Of a DNA stretch of 64,000 bases, positions 39,180 through 49,932 are shown piece after piece (within the stretch, counting starts at the first letter, position 1; the number at the start of each line of letters is the position of its first letter). The DNA comes from Vicugna vicugna (lineage: Eukaryota), in contig MU063315.1 in assembly GCA_013265495.1 (NCBI GenBank), positions 434,001 to 498,000 of the forward strand. Reading direction: 5' to 3'. The notes below the pieces were generated by a model. The model was given only the letters and a program-made list of their open reading frames with translations. It did not search any database and had not been told where the DNA came from. The translations under genes were made by a program, and so were the position numbers.

Positions 39180-39700
39180 CCTTAGACTGCCTTATTTTGT
39201 GAAAACAAGCAATTTAGTATCTCAGTGATTTAGAACAAAAACTTGTTTCTTGCTCAGCCTTTAGGCTCACCGCAGATGGCCTATAATGCTGCTCAATGTC
39301 ACCTTCATTCTGAGACATAGTCTGAAAGAGCAGTTTCCTTCTGGGACATGGCTGACCTCAGAGAAGGGAAAAACAGAAAGTGTGCTGGACCCATGCAATG
39401 TTTCTAGGGTGTACTGGACCCATGCAATAGTTCTAGAGTGTATTAGACCCATGCAATAGTTCTAGGGTGTACTGGACCAACACAATGGTTCTAGAGTGTA
39501 TTAGACCCATGCAGTGGTCCTAGAGTGCCCTGGACCAGCACAGTGGTTCTAGAGTGTATTGGACCCATGCAATAGTTCTTAAGTATTCTGCTCAAAAGTG
39601 GCACATGTCACTTCTGCTCACATTTAATCAGCTAAAGTGAGTCATACAGCCAAAACTGACCTGAATGGGACAGGTAAGTACTATTTTTTTCCCACAGAGA
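39180..39700 (-). mobile_element. MLT1J/K-like MaLR LTR hosting a 29-bp VNTR
   Basis: atctcagtgatttagaac...tcttgctca and ttctgctcaaaagtggcacatgtcacttctgctcacatt...gagtcatacagccaa are MLT1J-type blocks on either side of the array. Confidence 0.65.
39380..39582. repeat. Minisatellite, 7 x 29 bp
   Basis: Units start at 39380, 39409, 39438, 39467, 39496, 39525 and 39554; consensus gtgtaytggacccatgcaatagttctaga. Confidence 0.97.
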
Positions 39701-39789
39701 GGATCGGTGAAATTGTGAGGGAAAACGCAATCTATCACATCTACCGTGTGTTGAAATTGTACTTAAGCTGAGAAAAACATGTTAAACAA

Positions 39790-40620
39790 GTTTTACACAC
39801 TGCACTCCAGGGACTCGCAGTCTAGTGGAGGACAGACATATAAATGACCACATACAAACGTATATTGTTATAGGCATGAACCAAATGCAGTGGGAGAGAT
39901 TAGTGAATAATCGACTAACTCTTTGTAGGAATGTAAGATTTGAACGGAGTTGGAAAAATATGGGTAATGGAGTGATAACAGCATTTTGAAATGTTATTTT
40001 CTAGATGAAGGTATTTGTGAACCAAGGAATAGTGGACACTACGCATTGCAGCTGTATGGAGTGCACTGAATAGTGAACTAGTGAGACAATAAGTGGAGGA
40101 GGACCAATTATGAATGGTCTTTTGTGCCATCCCAGGTTTTGGAATTTCGACTTTTTCACTTAGGTGATGTGGAGCCAGTGGTAGCTTTTTTTTTTTTAAA
40201 TTGAAGTACAGTTGATTTACAATGTTATGTTTTGGTGTACAGCATAGTGATTCAGTTATACACATAGATATATTTTTTTCATAGGAAGTGATATGAAGAG
40301 ATGAGAATTGTATGAACTGTGGTAGGTAGCAGTGTGAGTGACACATAAGAGATTGTATATGAGTGTTAGAGAATCAAGTTAGAAAATGTGTTACAGTGCT
40401 CAAGGAAACTGATGGACAATTGTATTAAAGGAAGAGCAGTGGGAATGAAGAGCCTTATTGGTAAGGAATTCTGAGTCCCTAGGACTAGATATGTGGAGAA
40501 AGGGGGTAAAGGAGGATGCTTATGGTTTATGGGAGAGTTTAGTGATACTTTGGTAAGCGACATTGTAGCTCCACATCTAGGCTGTAAGAGAAGAGATTAG
40601 GTTCGGGGTGAAAAATGAAG
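39790..40620 (-). mobile_element. L2 relic
   Basis: ctcgcagttctagtggaggacagacata...gagccagtgg...ataggaagtgatatga. Confidence 0.55.
40186..40279 (-). mobile_element. Very short L1 3' terminal fragment inserted in an L2
   Basis: T12 aaattgaagtacagttgatttacaatgtt...ggtgtacagcatagtgattcagttatacacata. Confidence 0.75.
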
Positions 40621-42029
40621 AAAATGAATACAAGTAGGGGTCTTCATGATCAGATTTCCCTTTATAAGCTCTCTCTAGCACTTCTTTTCTCCTGGACTTC
40701 TATTGTCTACGTATAAAATTAATTTGAATGTAAAAAAACACAAGTTAGTGATTTTCTTATCTGTGATCCAGTACCACATTAACCCATCCAATTGTATTAC
40801 ATGTAGGGTTTTGTATACTGAACAATAGCTTGGCACTCAAAAAAGACAAGAAATAATGAAAATTATAGAACTCGAAAGACCTGATACTCTATATTATTAT
40901 ATCCTTATAACAGTAATATTTTAACTTTAGAATTATTATTTTTATCATTTTTTGTATTAACTTATATAAAGCAGGCCAATGGTTATGGTTATAAAATAAT
41001 TACTGCAGGGTTTACAGTCAGTAGATTTAATGTCAAAATATCTTTCTGGAATGTGGAAGCCCCTGAAGGCTACATGGTAATAGGCATAAAAAAATTCTTG
41101 GAAAATTATGAAGAAGCACATTTTACCAATTATCAGATGTCAGAATAGAGATGCCCAATAATTAAAAAAAATGCCTCTCTTATCAAAAATATGAATCTGC
41201 ACAATGCAGACAATATATTCTTTCCTTCCTTTCCTCGTTTCCTATCAATATATGTTTTAAGTTGTTGCTATGGAAAACAAAAAAATATATGTGGCACAGA
41301 AAATTGCATTGGGTGATCCTCTGGTAACAGTCTCCATGTTCTTTTCATACCATTTCATTAATTCAGTAGGCACTTTGAGTGTCTCCTCTGTGCATACAAA
41401 CTGCACAGACACTGTGGGAGGATCCAGTGCGTGCCCTCAAGGAGCCAACAGTCCATTAGGCATGACCCGCCTGAATGGGCATTGCTGACTTCCAGCCCAT
41501 TGGCAGTTTCCTCATTTATCCTTCAGACTGAACATCCTCTTTTCTTTTTACTCAGTCTTTTCACTAACAGTACAATTCATTAGGTTTCCAGTCACTGAGT
41601 CATCACTTACTGAAAATCGCATTCCTGTCCTGCCTTCCTGAGATTAGTCCCTCGTCACCTTCATTAGTATTCCGGGTGTTGCCAATCTCTTAGTTCTTAC
41701 ATTTACAATCTTTTGATTTATTTGCATGGAAGGCTAATCACATACAATGGGTACAGATTTCATTCGTTGAACTCTCAAATGGCAACATGATTATTTAGTA
41801 TAACTCCACAGAGTTCTTGGGGAGGCATCTGCCATCGGCAAATGACATAAATAAATCATCTCAAATTCTGCTTCAAAAGGAGCAATACCAGACCAAAAAT
41901 GTAAGCTTCAGAGTGACTATTCCTAGAAGTTAGCAGTTATTAAATTTGTGCCAGGACATGTTAGTGTGTGTACTGGGGAGATGGGGACTGGTGGGGGCTC
42001 CGGGTATGCCAGGCACACAATGTTAATTC

Positions 42030-42141
42030 TTTTTTTCAAGTTTCTTTTTCTTTTTTTTAATGGTGGTCCTGGGGATTGAACCCAGGACCTTGTGCATGCT
42101 AAGCATGTGCTCTACCACTGAGCTATACTCAACCCCCCCCC
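42030..42141 (-). mobile_element. tRNA-Ala-derived SINE, short-tail form
   Basis: Head ggggattgaacccaggaccttgtgcatgctaagcatgtgctctaccactgagctata; degenerate TSD cacacaatgttaattctt (42014-42031) / cacacagttattctt (42144-42158). Confidence 0.9.
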
Positions 42142-43904
42142 GACACACAGTTATTCTTGATCACTGAACTCTTTAGTCCTGCTTATCACGATGACACTGG
42201 TATCACTGAAACTAACTACACACATATGTTGTGCATGGAGACACTGCACCTTTACTCTTACTCCTCAAATATGTCGCACTTTCACACTTCCAAATGGTTG
42301 CGTATGCTATTCCCTCTGCACAGAGAGTCATCCCTCCAATTCCTTGCATTTTTCCTGATTCAATAAAATCCAATTCATCAGTCAAGCAGCAGGCAGACTG
42401 AGCTTGAATTCAACTTACTAAAACTTTCTCAGGCTCCCCTGGGCTTCATAGTCCCTTCCTCTCTGCTTCCAAAATACTGTGATCTTTATTCCTTACTCAC
42501 TGAACAAGCACTGGGTAACTAATACTTACCGGTTATGTGGGAAGACAGTGGCCAACGAGGAGACAAGATTTCTGCTCTCGTAAAGGCAGCATTTTGATGC
42601 TTTTAAGTTTTGCATTTGTCATCATATTAAAGTTAGATACATTTATATCTGTTTTCCACAAATGGACTATAGATTTTCTGCTTTGGACATCTCCTCATCC
42701 TTATGGTTATTATAATACCTTGGACATACAGAGGACTTAAGAAATGTTCAATATAACTTATTACAAAATTGGACTTTTAAAGGCACACCTCAAATTATAG
42801 AGCATTCTTTTCAGATAACTGCATATATTCATTTTTAATTGAGAAAACAACCCTGTTTGATGTGCTTTGTAAAATGACTCTGAAAGGCTGAATCCACCAC
42901 CCCCCCTTCATAACGGCCATCTCCCTTCTTACCTGATGCTATTAAGGTTAATGAGTACATTCATTAGGATGTGTCCCAGCATTTTTTTTTTCCCAAAATC
43001 TGTTCACAACCCACATAATTATTATGGAAACTGCTGTTTTACTCACATGTAATCATCATCTTGCCAAATCTCTTACCAATAGCATTTTAACAGATATCCG
43101 GGCATTTTTTTTTTTTCATTTGAATAGTGGGAGTCTACTGACTGCTTGGGCTGTCTTCATATAATATTCCCTTTTTCATTCCTCCCCTGGGGAGGTGAGT
43201 AGGAAGTCTTAAGAGTCTCTAAGAAATAGTGAAAAACACGGAAGGATATAGAGCTTTTAAATAAAATTTCCTATGAATATACACCAACTGGCTCTAATGA
43301 ATTGTTTAATTCCAGAATGAAGCAGAATGTAGAATTTTTGAGAAAATGGTTATGTTATTTACTGAAAAATTACTTTATCTCCAGGGTTTGAAAACCTTAG
43401 TTTTTCCCATTTCCAAGGGAAAAGGATAAGCAGATGTGAATGAGAGGAGCTATATCAGAACATTCAACAGAAGGAGGAAAAGTCAGGAACCTAAAGTTGG
43501 CTATGTGTCTTGTGTAAATGGGATGATTTCCATTGTATTACTTTTCGTAGTTCTCTGCAGGCCTTAGAGGTAATTATTATTAGCCCTAGTTTTTACCATT
43601 GATGAAACTGAGGTTCCGAAGAATCGAGTAACCTACTCAAAACCCCACAGCAAATACAGAGGGGCTTTACACCCAGAGCGTTCTAGCTCCAATACTTGAG
43701 TACTTTCCATACTTCATGGAGCCCCCAAAGTAATGGCAAACAGCGGTGACCACACTGAGAAACGTTTGCTAAGGGGATCGTATTTAAGGGGCCTGTCAAG
43801 GAGCACAGAAAGCCGAGTGTAGGGCTGGGGACGCGTGTGTGGGGGTCTCCTGCTCTGCTGGACATACACCTTCTCCTTCTTCTTCAAACACTCATCTTGA
43901 TAGG

Positions 43905-44442
43905 TGCTGCTGGAAAGGGATTTTTAAAATGTACTTAGGATCCCAAGTAAACTGACCTTGAAACAGGGAGGTGATTCTTCATGGGTCCAACCTAATCAGG
44001 TGAGCCCCTGGAAAGTAACTTTCTGACAAAAGAGGGTCAAACATGAGAAGGGTTTGACATGACAGAGCTGGAGGACGAGCCCACTGCTGGCTCTGAAGCT
44101 GGAGGGAGGGGTACAGGAAAGAACACAGGTGACCTTGAGGACCTGAGAGCGCCCTTGTCTAGTAAAAGCACGGAAATGCGGACTCAAGCCTACATCCGGA
44201 AAGAACTGAATTCCACCCCAGACTTGAATGAGCTGGAAGTGGATTCTTCCACAAAGCCTCCAGGAGGGCGTGCGGCTCAGCCAGCACCCTGACGTCAGTC
44301 TGTTTAACCCTGAGCGGAGAACCCAAGTATGTGACACGACACGTGGACTTCTGCCTTCCAGAATGTATGAGATAGCAAGTGAATATTGTTCTCAGTTGCT
44401 ACATTTGTGGTAATTTGCTACACAGCAATAGAAAGTTACTAC
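43905..44442 (+). mobile_element. MLT1D/E-like MaLR solo LTR
   Basis: ggatttt...ctaatcaggtgagccc...ctggctctgaagctggaggga...gaactgaattc...cagccagcaccctga...ttgtggtaatttgctacacagcaatagaaagttact. Confidence 0.75.
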
Positions 44443-45476
44443 TCACTCCCCACCTCTTTTCCACATTTCCTCACTTGGAAGGCCAAAGCAGGTTAATATT
44501 GGAAGTAATACGATTTTAGGAGGTCTGACTTAATTCTGGGTTTACCAGAGTAGACTGACTTCAAAGACACTGGGGTCACAGAAAAAGATGGAGAGCATGA
44601 AGAACACTAGAACAGGTGGAACATCCATCCTGCCCTGATGGAGGCTTCAGGATGGTAGGCACTTCCCTCTCTGGTTTGAAGCCCCGCTCAGGGTTAAACA
44701 GACTGACATCAGGGTGCTGGCTGATGTTTCCTCACCACACACATCCTTCAGAGAAGAAGACGAGAGAAATCAACGTGAATAGACTAATTACGTTGAGAAT
44801 TACACAATTTATTGTTTCTCTTGTCATACTGTGGCCATTGGGAGAAATGCAAAAATTGTGGCAATTGTGTAAAATGTGCAACATAGTGAGCTAAATGATT
44901 CAGTTAAATAGGGAAAAAACGTTATGAGTACGCTCTTGTATCCACTGCTTTATATAACCTTTTTTATGTTTTCTCAGGAAGCTTCCTTACTTAGGATAAC
45001 CTTCCAGCTTTCAGTCTGCAAACCCGTTTCCACTGAACTGCACTAATTTCTTCTGTTCCGCTGTTAAACTGAGCACAATGTTCAGCCAAATAGTCAATAA
45101 TTATTTGTTGGAAGCCTATTAAATTCCAAGCAGCGAGGCAGGCTTTGTGATGATGCTGGTGAGTGTAACTCCTGGTGTCCCATTGCTTTCTTCCCTTAGC
45201 TCCCCTAACAGGTCACCAGTGATCCCCTCATTTCAAGCTGAATATGTTTTTCTCATACTATCCCCAACTTCCTCCAATATTTGATACTATTCTTTCATTT
45301 AGCAAAATCTAATGACCAGCAATGTACATGTGAATTTCTCTGCAAGGAATTACACATGAGGAATAAAGAGAAGAAAAACTGTCATTCCCTTCTCACTCTT
45401 CAACATTAGAGCCAGGCAAATGAAAATCTGTAGAGTGGTAACAGCGATCATGTATTTAGGGTTTGCTGTCTGCCAG

Positions 45477-45653
45477 NNNNNNNNNNNNNNNNNNNNNNNN
45501 NNNNNNNNNNNNNNNNNNNNNNNNNNNNNNNNNNNNNNNNNNNNNNNNNNNNNNNNNNNNNNNNNNNNNNNNNNNNNNNNNNNNNNNNNNNNNNNNNNNN
45601 NNNNNNNNNNNNNNNNNNNNNNNNNNNNNNNNNNNNNNNNNNNNNNNNNNNNN
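45477..45653. other. Assembly gap (177 N)
   Basis: N run. Confidence 1.
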
Positions 45654-46419
45654 GAGGTAGATATTTTTACATCTTCACATTTCACTAAGGAAACTTCAGC
45701 TTGAAAAGTAGTAAATAACCCTGAATTAAACAGGATTTAAACTCAGTCTAACTAAATCTAGAAACCAAAACTGAACTGGTATAATCAATGTGGTGTTTGA
45801 TCCAAATCTGTGTCCAAAGTTATCTGATTTTGTCCATGAAAATGTAGAGAGAAGGGTTATTTTAATTTCTGTTACACATCCCTACACACACATACACCTT
45901 GGAATTCTTTTTTTTTCCCCCTCTCCGATACTGTAAACGAAGAATTGTCTTAAACCAATGCATTCATCTTCTGGTAAAGTGCCCATCTTTGTAGGGTTGG
46001 AATACACTGGCAAAGTTAGTAAGAGTCTCTCTACTGACAAGGTAAAGAGCTATTGGAAGATGTGCAAGAGACCTTGATATCTGTACACAAACACAGAATG
46101 AACTCTCTTCAGTTCACATTTCACTTTGAGGCAACATGGTTTTCCTTGACGAATTACCCCAATGACACCCACTGAAACCAAGTTTATTGTTAATAACTTC
46201 TCACATCTATCAGATATGGTTTACAAATGAACACGTATAAGCCGTAGAAGACCAGTAATTAATCAAAAATTGTTCTAGGTGTGAGATTAAGCTTTAGAAA
46301 CAGCCATTGCATAAGAAGCCAAACCAAAGTCAAAACCTGAAAGCCTGAAAAACTTAGACGCCACACGCCCAATAATTAATCCAAAAAGGCTGAACCTGAA
46401 AGTCACATATTAGAAACTG

Positions 46420-47345
46420 AACAACTACTTCCATTTCTAGTTATAATAGATTAGACAAATCTTCCTCTGAAGACAACTAGAGAGGCTGGATACACTTAAA
46501 AAAAAAAATCTATGTAAGCTACCAGAAACCTGTCTGGCAGCCAGGTCTCAAGGCACCAAGACTCTCCCCTTAGGTATGTAGCAAATTCTTTGAAGGCAAG
46601 GATAGGAGGCTAAGAAGTTGGATCAAAAGCAGTAGGTGAGGCTCAAAATGTTTTTAACATTACGTCAAAAACATGACTGACAAATTTCTAAGGGAGAAGA
46701 GAAGCCCAGAGATTCGAAACAGACGTTTGGTACTACTTTATCCCTTGAGCCATTTGCTATTTTGCAAGCAGTTGCTGAGAAGCTTAGAAATTGAGCATAA
46801 AACAACGGCTAAGAGTCTGGAAAGATGAGCAGAGGTTTAGACAGTCACACTGCATTGAAGGAAAAAGAAACAGAATTGTGAACCTCCAAGAAAAAAAAAT
46901 CCCAGTAGACACTTCAGGATTTCATTTCACTTTTCAGGCAAACTAGAAGATAAGCCCCAACAAAGATGGGACCCAACTTTGAATCATCTTAACATCAAAC
47001 TTGATTAAAATGGTCTTTGTTCTCACTGCCGGAAAGAAGAAAAAGCAAATCCTCTCTGGAGGGGTGCACCATTCGACACAGCCTCAGATTCTCTCTGCAG
47101 GTTTTCACGTACATTACCTATCATTCAATAGACAATGGACAGACAGAGAAGAAACAACTGAATGGTTGAAAACCAGGGAAAATAGACAACGGAATCAATC
47201 TCATCCCATCACTGGAATTAATAGTGAACTTTAAAATGACTATGATTAATACGTTCAAGGGAATAGATGAAAAGTCAGAGAATTTAGATGACACAGTAAT
47301 TGATGAAAAAGAACAGAGAAATTTAAGATATTAAAAATTCAAGAA
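46420..47345 (+). mobile_element. Old L1M 5' end / ORF1 start relic, resuming at about 48630-48730
   Basis: acttccatttctag...cttcctctgaagacaactagagaggctggat and tttaaaatgactatgattaatacgttcaaggga resemble L1M 5'/ORF1 sequence. Confidence 0.55.
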
Positions 47346-47349
47346 TTCC

Positions 47350-48630
47350 GCAATTGCCCCTGGTCAAGTAGAGTCTCAGGCTGTGATCCTCAACCAGATG
47401 GTGCCACTGACTGGACTCTGTTCAGCTGGGGCTGCAGGCAGAGTTTCACAGTCAGACAGGGTCTCAAGTTGTGCTCTGCCATCAGGAGGAATTGCAGACT
47501 GTGCCCCGACATTGGGTAGGACTCGACGTTGGGCTCTGCATTTGGGGATGGGGTTGCTTTCCAGGCTCCCTTGCTGGGAGGGGCCTCTGGTGACGCTTCG
47601 TGTTTGGACTGGGTCATTCGCTGGGGTCCTTGCCTGAACAAGGCTACTAGTTGTGTTCAGCAACCAGAAGGAGCCCTAGGCTGGGCAGGTATGGCAGTAG
47701 GGTGGGCTCCACAGCTTGCGTGGTACTGAAGGATGGGCTTCAAGGCAGTCCAGGGTCACTGTTAAGGCTCCCTGGTTCTGTGGGGCCAGAGCCTACACTC
47801 ACAGTTGGAAAGGACTACTTGCGTGGCTCCCTGCCCACGTGCAGCTATAGGACGGGCTTCACAGCTGCCTGCGTTCGCTGGTGAGGCTTTCTCATCAAGC
47901 AGGACCTGCAGCCATGCTGAGCAGCAGACAAGGCTCAGATCTGCTTCCCTACCTGAGCAGGGCCATAACAGTAAGCTCCAAGGCTGGTATGGCTCACTGG
48001 CTGGTGACCTGAATCAGGCAGTTTTGCCCACCAGGCTCCCTGGCCAGAAGCTCAGCTTTGCAGGTGGGTAGAGCCACCTGGCTGGGCTCTCTGCTCTGGC
48101 ACCACTGCCAGCCTGGCTGCAGGCTGGGCCATGCAGCTGCCCAGGCTCTCTGGTGAGGCTTCCTGGCCGGATGGGTCTGGAAGCTGTGTTAAGCGGTCGG
48201 CAGGGCTTCAGATTTGCTTCCCTGCCCAAGTGGGGACATAGAACAAGCTCCATGGCCAGCACAGCTCACTGTGACCCGAACCAGGCTGAACTGCCTCTGG
48301 GCTCCCCAACCAGATGGGGCAACCGGCTCAGCTCTGCAGACGGACAGTCCTGGCTCGGATCTCCGCTGGAGCGCAGGTGCAAGGAAGAATGTGGTCTGCC
48401 AGGACCTGAGCACTAGTTGCTTCCCCATCCTCCTTTCCTGTTTCTGTCTGATCCTCAGTGGTCAAGTTTCACAGATTTCCCCAGTGATCTCTGTGAGGCA
48501 GGACTCCAACATGCCTGCAGTGTGGGACCTGTATGTCCCACAACACTGGGGGAGCCTGATGTCCACCTTGGGCTCTTTCTTTTCCCCCTCTGGAGAAACT
48601 ATCGGCTCAGGGAGGCCCTCTCACTGTGAA
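47350..48630 (-). mobile_element. GC-rich L1M3/L1MB-type 5' UTR fragment
   Basis: Abrupt GC-rich block with recurrent ggctccctg / gcttccct motifs, ending tccaccttgggctctttcttttcccc...ggagaaact...ccctctcactgtg, typical of an antisense-read L1M3 5' UTR. Confidence 0.65.
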
Positions 48631-49350
48631 CCCAGACAGTAAGAGAATAACAGAGATGAGGTGGACAGGGCCAGACAGTTCATAATTTAATATCTGTAAT
48701 TTCAGACCAAGAAATATCACACTGTTATAAAAAAGAGTGTAATTATCAAGCATCTCTGTGATGCTGGTAGTGGGACTGTGTTGCTGTATGTGAAACAAGC
48801 TGATGTGAGGACAAGGGATACTTACAGAGAGAAGTGAGAAGATTCAGAGCAGCATGAGTGAAAAATCAGCATGTCATTTACACGGTTTTGAAGAAATATT
48901 AGAGTGTAATGGAGACTCAGTCTGTGGTACCTTTGAGTGGGGACAGGGTGTTGAGGGTCCCTAATCTCTGATGCATTTTAGATGGTTGACTGCCTTCTTG
49001 AAAATCTCTCATCTGGTGGCCTCTGTGGTACCTTATTCTTTCTGGCACTTCTCCAGCTGCCCCCTGCCTTCTCCATCCTCCAGGCGAGCCTCTTTTTTAA
49101 CATCTGTGACTTAGGCAGCAGTACTCCCTTGGGTTTTGTCTTTTTTTAAAAATTGAGTTATAATTGACATGCAACATTATGGTGTACAACATAATGATTC
49201 AATATTTGCGTACATTATGAAATGATCACCACAATAAATCTAGTTATGTCCATCACCATACATAGTTACAGAATCGTGTGTATGTGTGTGTGACAAGAAT
49301 TTTCAAGATCTACTCTCTTAGCAACTTTCAAACATGTAATACAGTATTAT

Positions 49351-49932
49351 TTATTCCACTCCTGGGCAAATATCCAAAAAACCCCAAAACATTAATTTGA
49401 AAAGACACATGCACTCCAATGTTCATAGTAGCATTATTTACAACTGCCAAGATGCGGAAGCAACATAAAGTGCTTATCAACAGATTNNNNNNNNNNNNNN
49501 NNNNNNNNNNNNNNNNNNNNNNNNNNNNNNNNNNNNNNNNNNNNNNNNNNNNNNNNNNNNNNNNNNNNNNNNNNNNNNNNNNNNNNNNNNNNNNNNNNNN
49601 NNNNNNNNNNNNNNNNNNNNNNNNNNNNNNNNNNNNNNNNNNNNNNNNNNNNNGTATAATATCATTTACATGTGGAATCTAAAAAAATACAAGAAACTAA
49701 TGAGTCTAACAAAAAGAAACAGACACAGATAAAGACAACAAACTAGTGGTTATCAGTGGGGGAGGGGGAGGGGCAGTTAGGGATCAGGGATTGGGAGGTA
49801 CAAACTCAGGTGTAAAATAAGCTCAAGGATGTATTGTGCAACACAGTGAATATAGCCATTAATTTGTAATAACTGTAAATGGAAAATAACCTCTAAAAAT
49901 TGTATGAAACTAAAAAAAATTAATTTTTAAAA
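49351..49932 (+). mobile_element. Younger L1 3' end (cetartiodactyl type) nested in the L1MA9-like element; contains an N gap
   Basis: attccactcctgggcaaatatcc...atgttcatagtagcattatttac...gtggaatctaaaaaa...gggaggtacaaac...A-rich end. Confidence 0.8.
49487..49653. other. Assembly gap (167 N)
   Basis: N run. Confidence 1.

Noticed and set aside
39380-39582. CRISPR-like appearance of regular 29-bp repeats
   Set aside because: The units are head-to-tail with no unique spacers, there are no cas genes, and the context is mammalian; it is a VNTR.
39915-40346. 143-aa minus-strand ORF
   Set aside because: Runs through an L2 relic and an inserted L1 tail; non-coding composition.
45350-45704. ORFs containing long X runs (also 49419-49682)
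   Set aside because: Artefacts of translating through N gaps.
47376-48642. Dense cluster of 70-142 aa ORFs on both strands, possible gene or CpG island
   Set aside because: Explained by stop-codon scarcity in a GC-rich L1 5' UTR relic; no coherent reading frame or homology.
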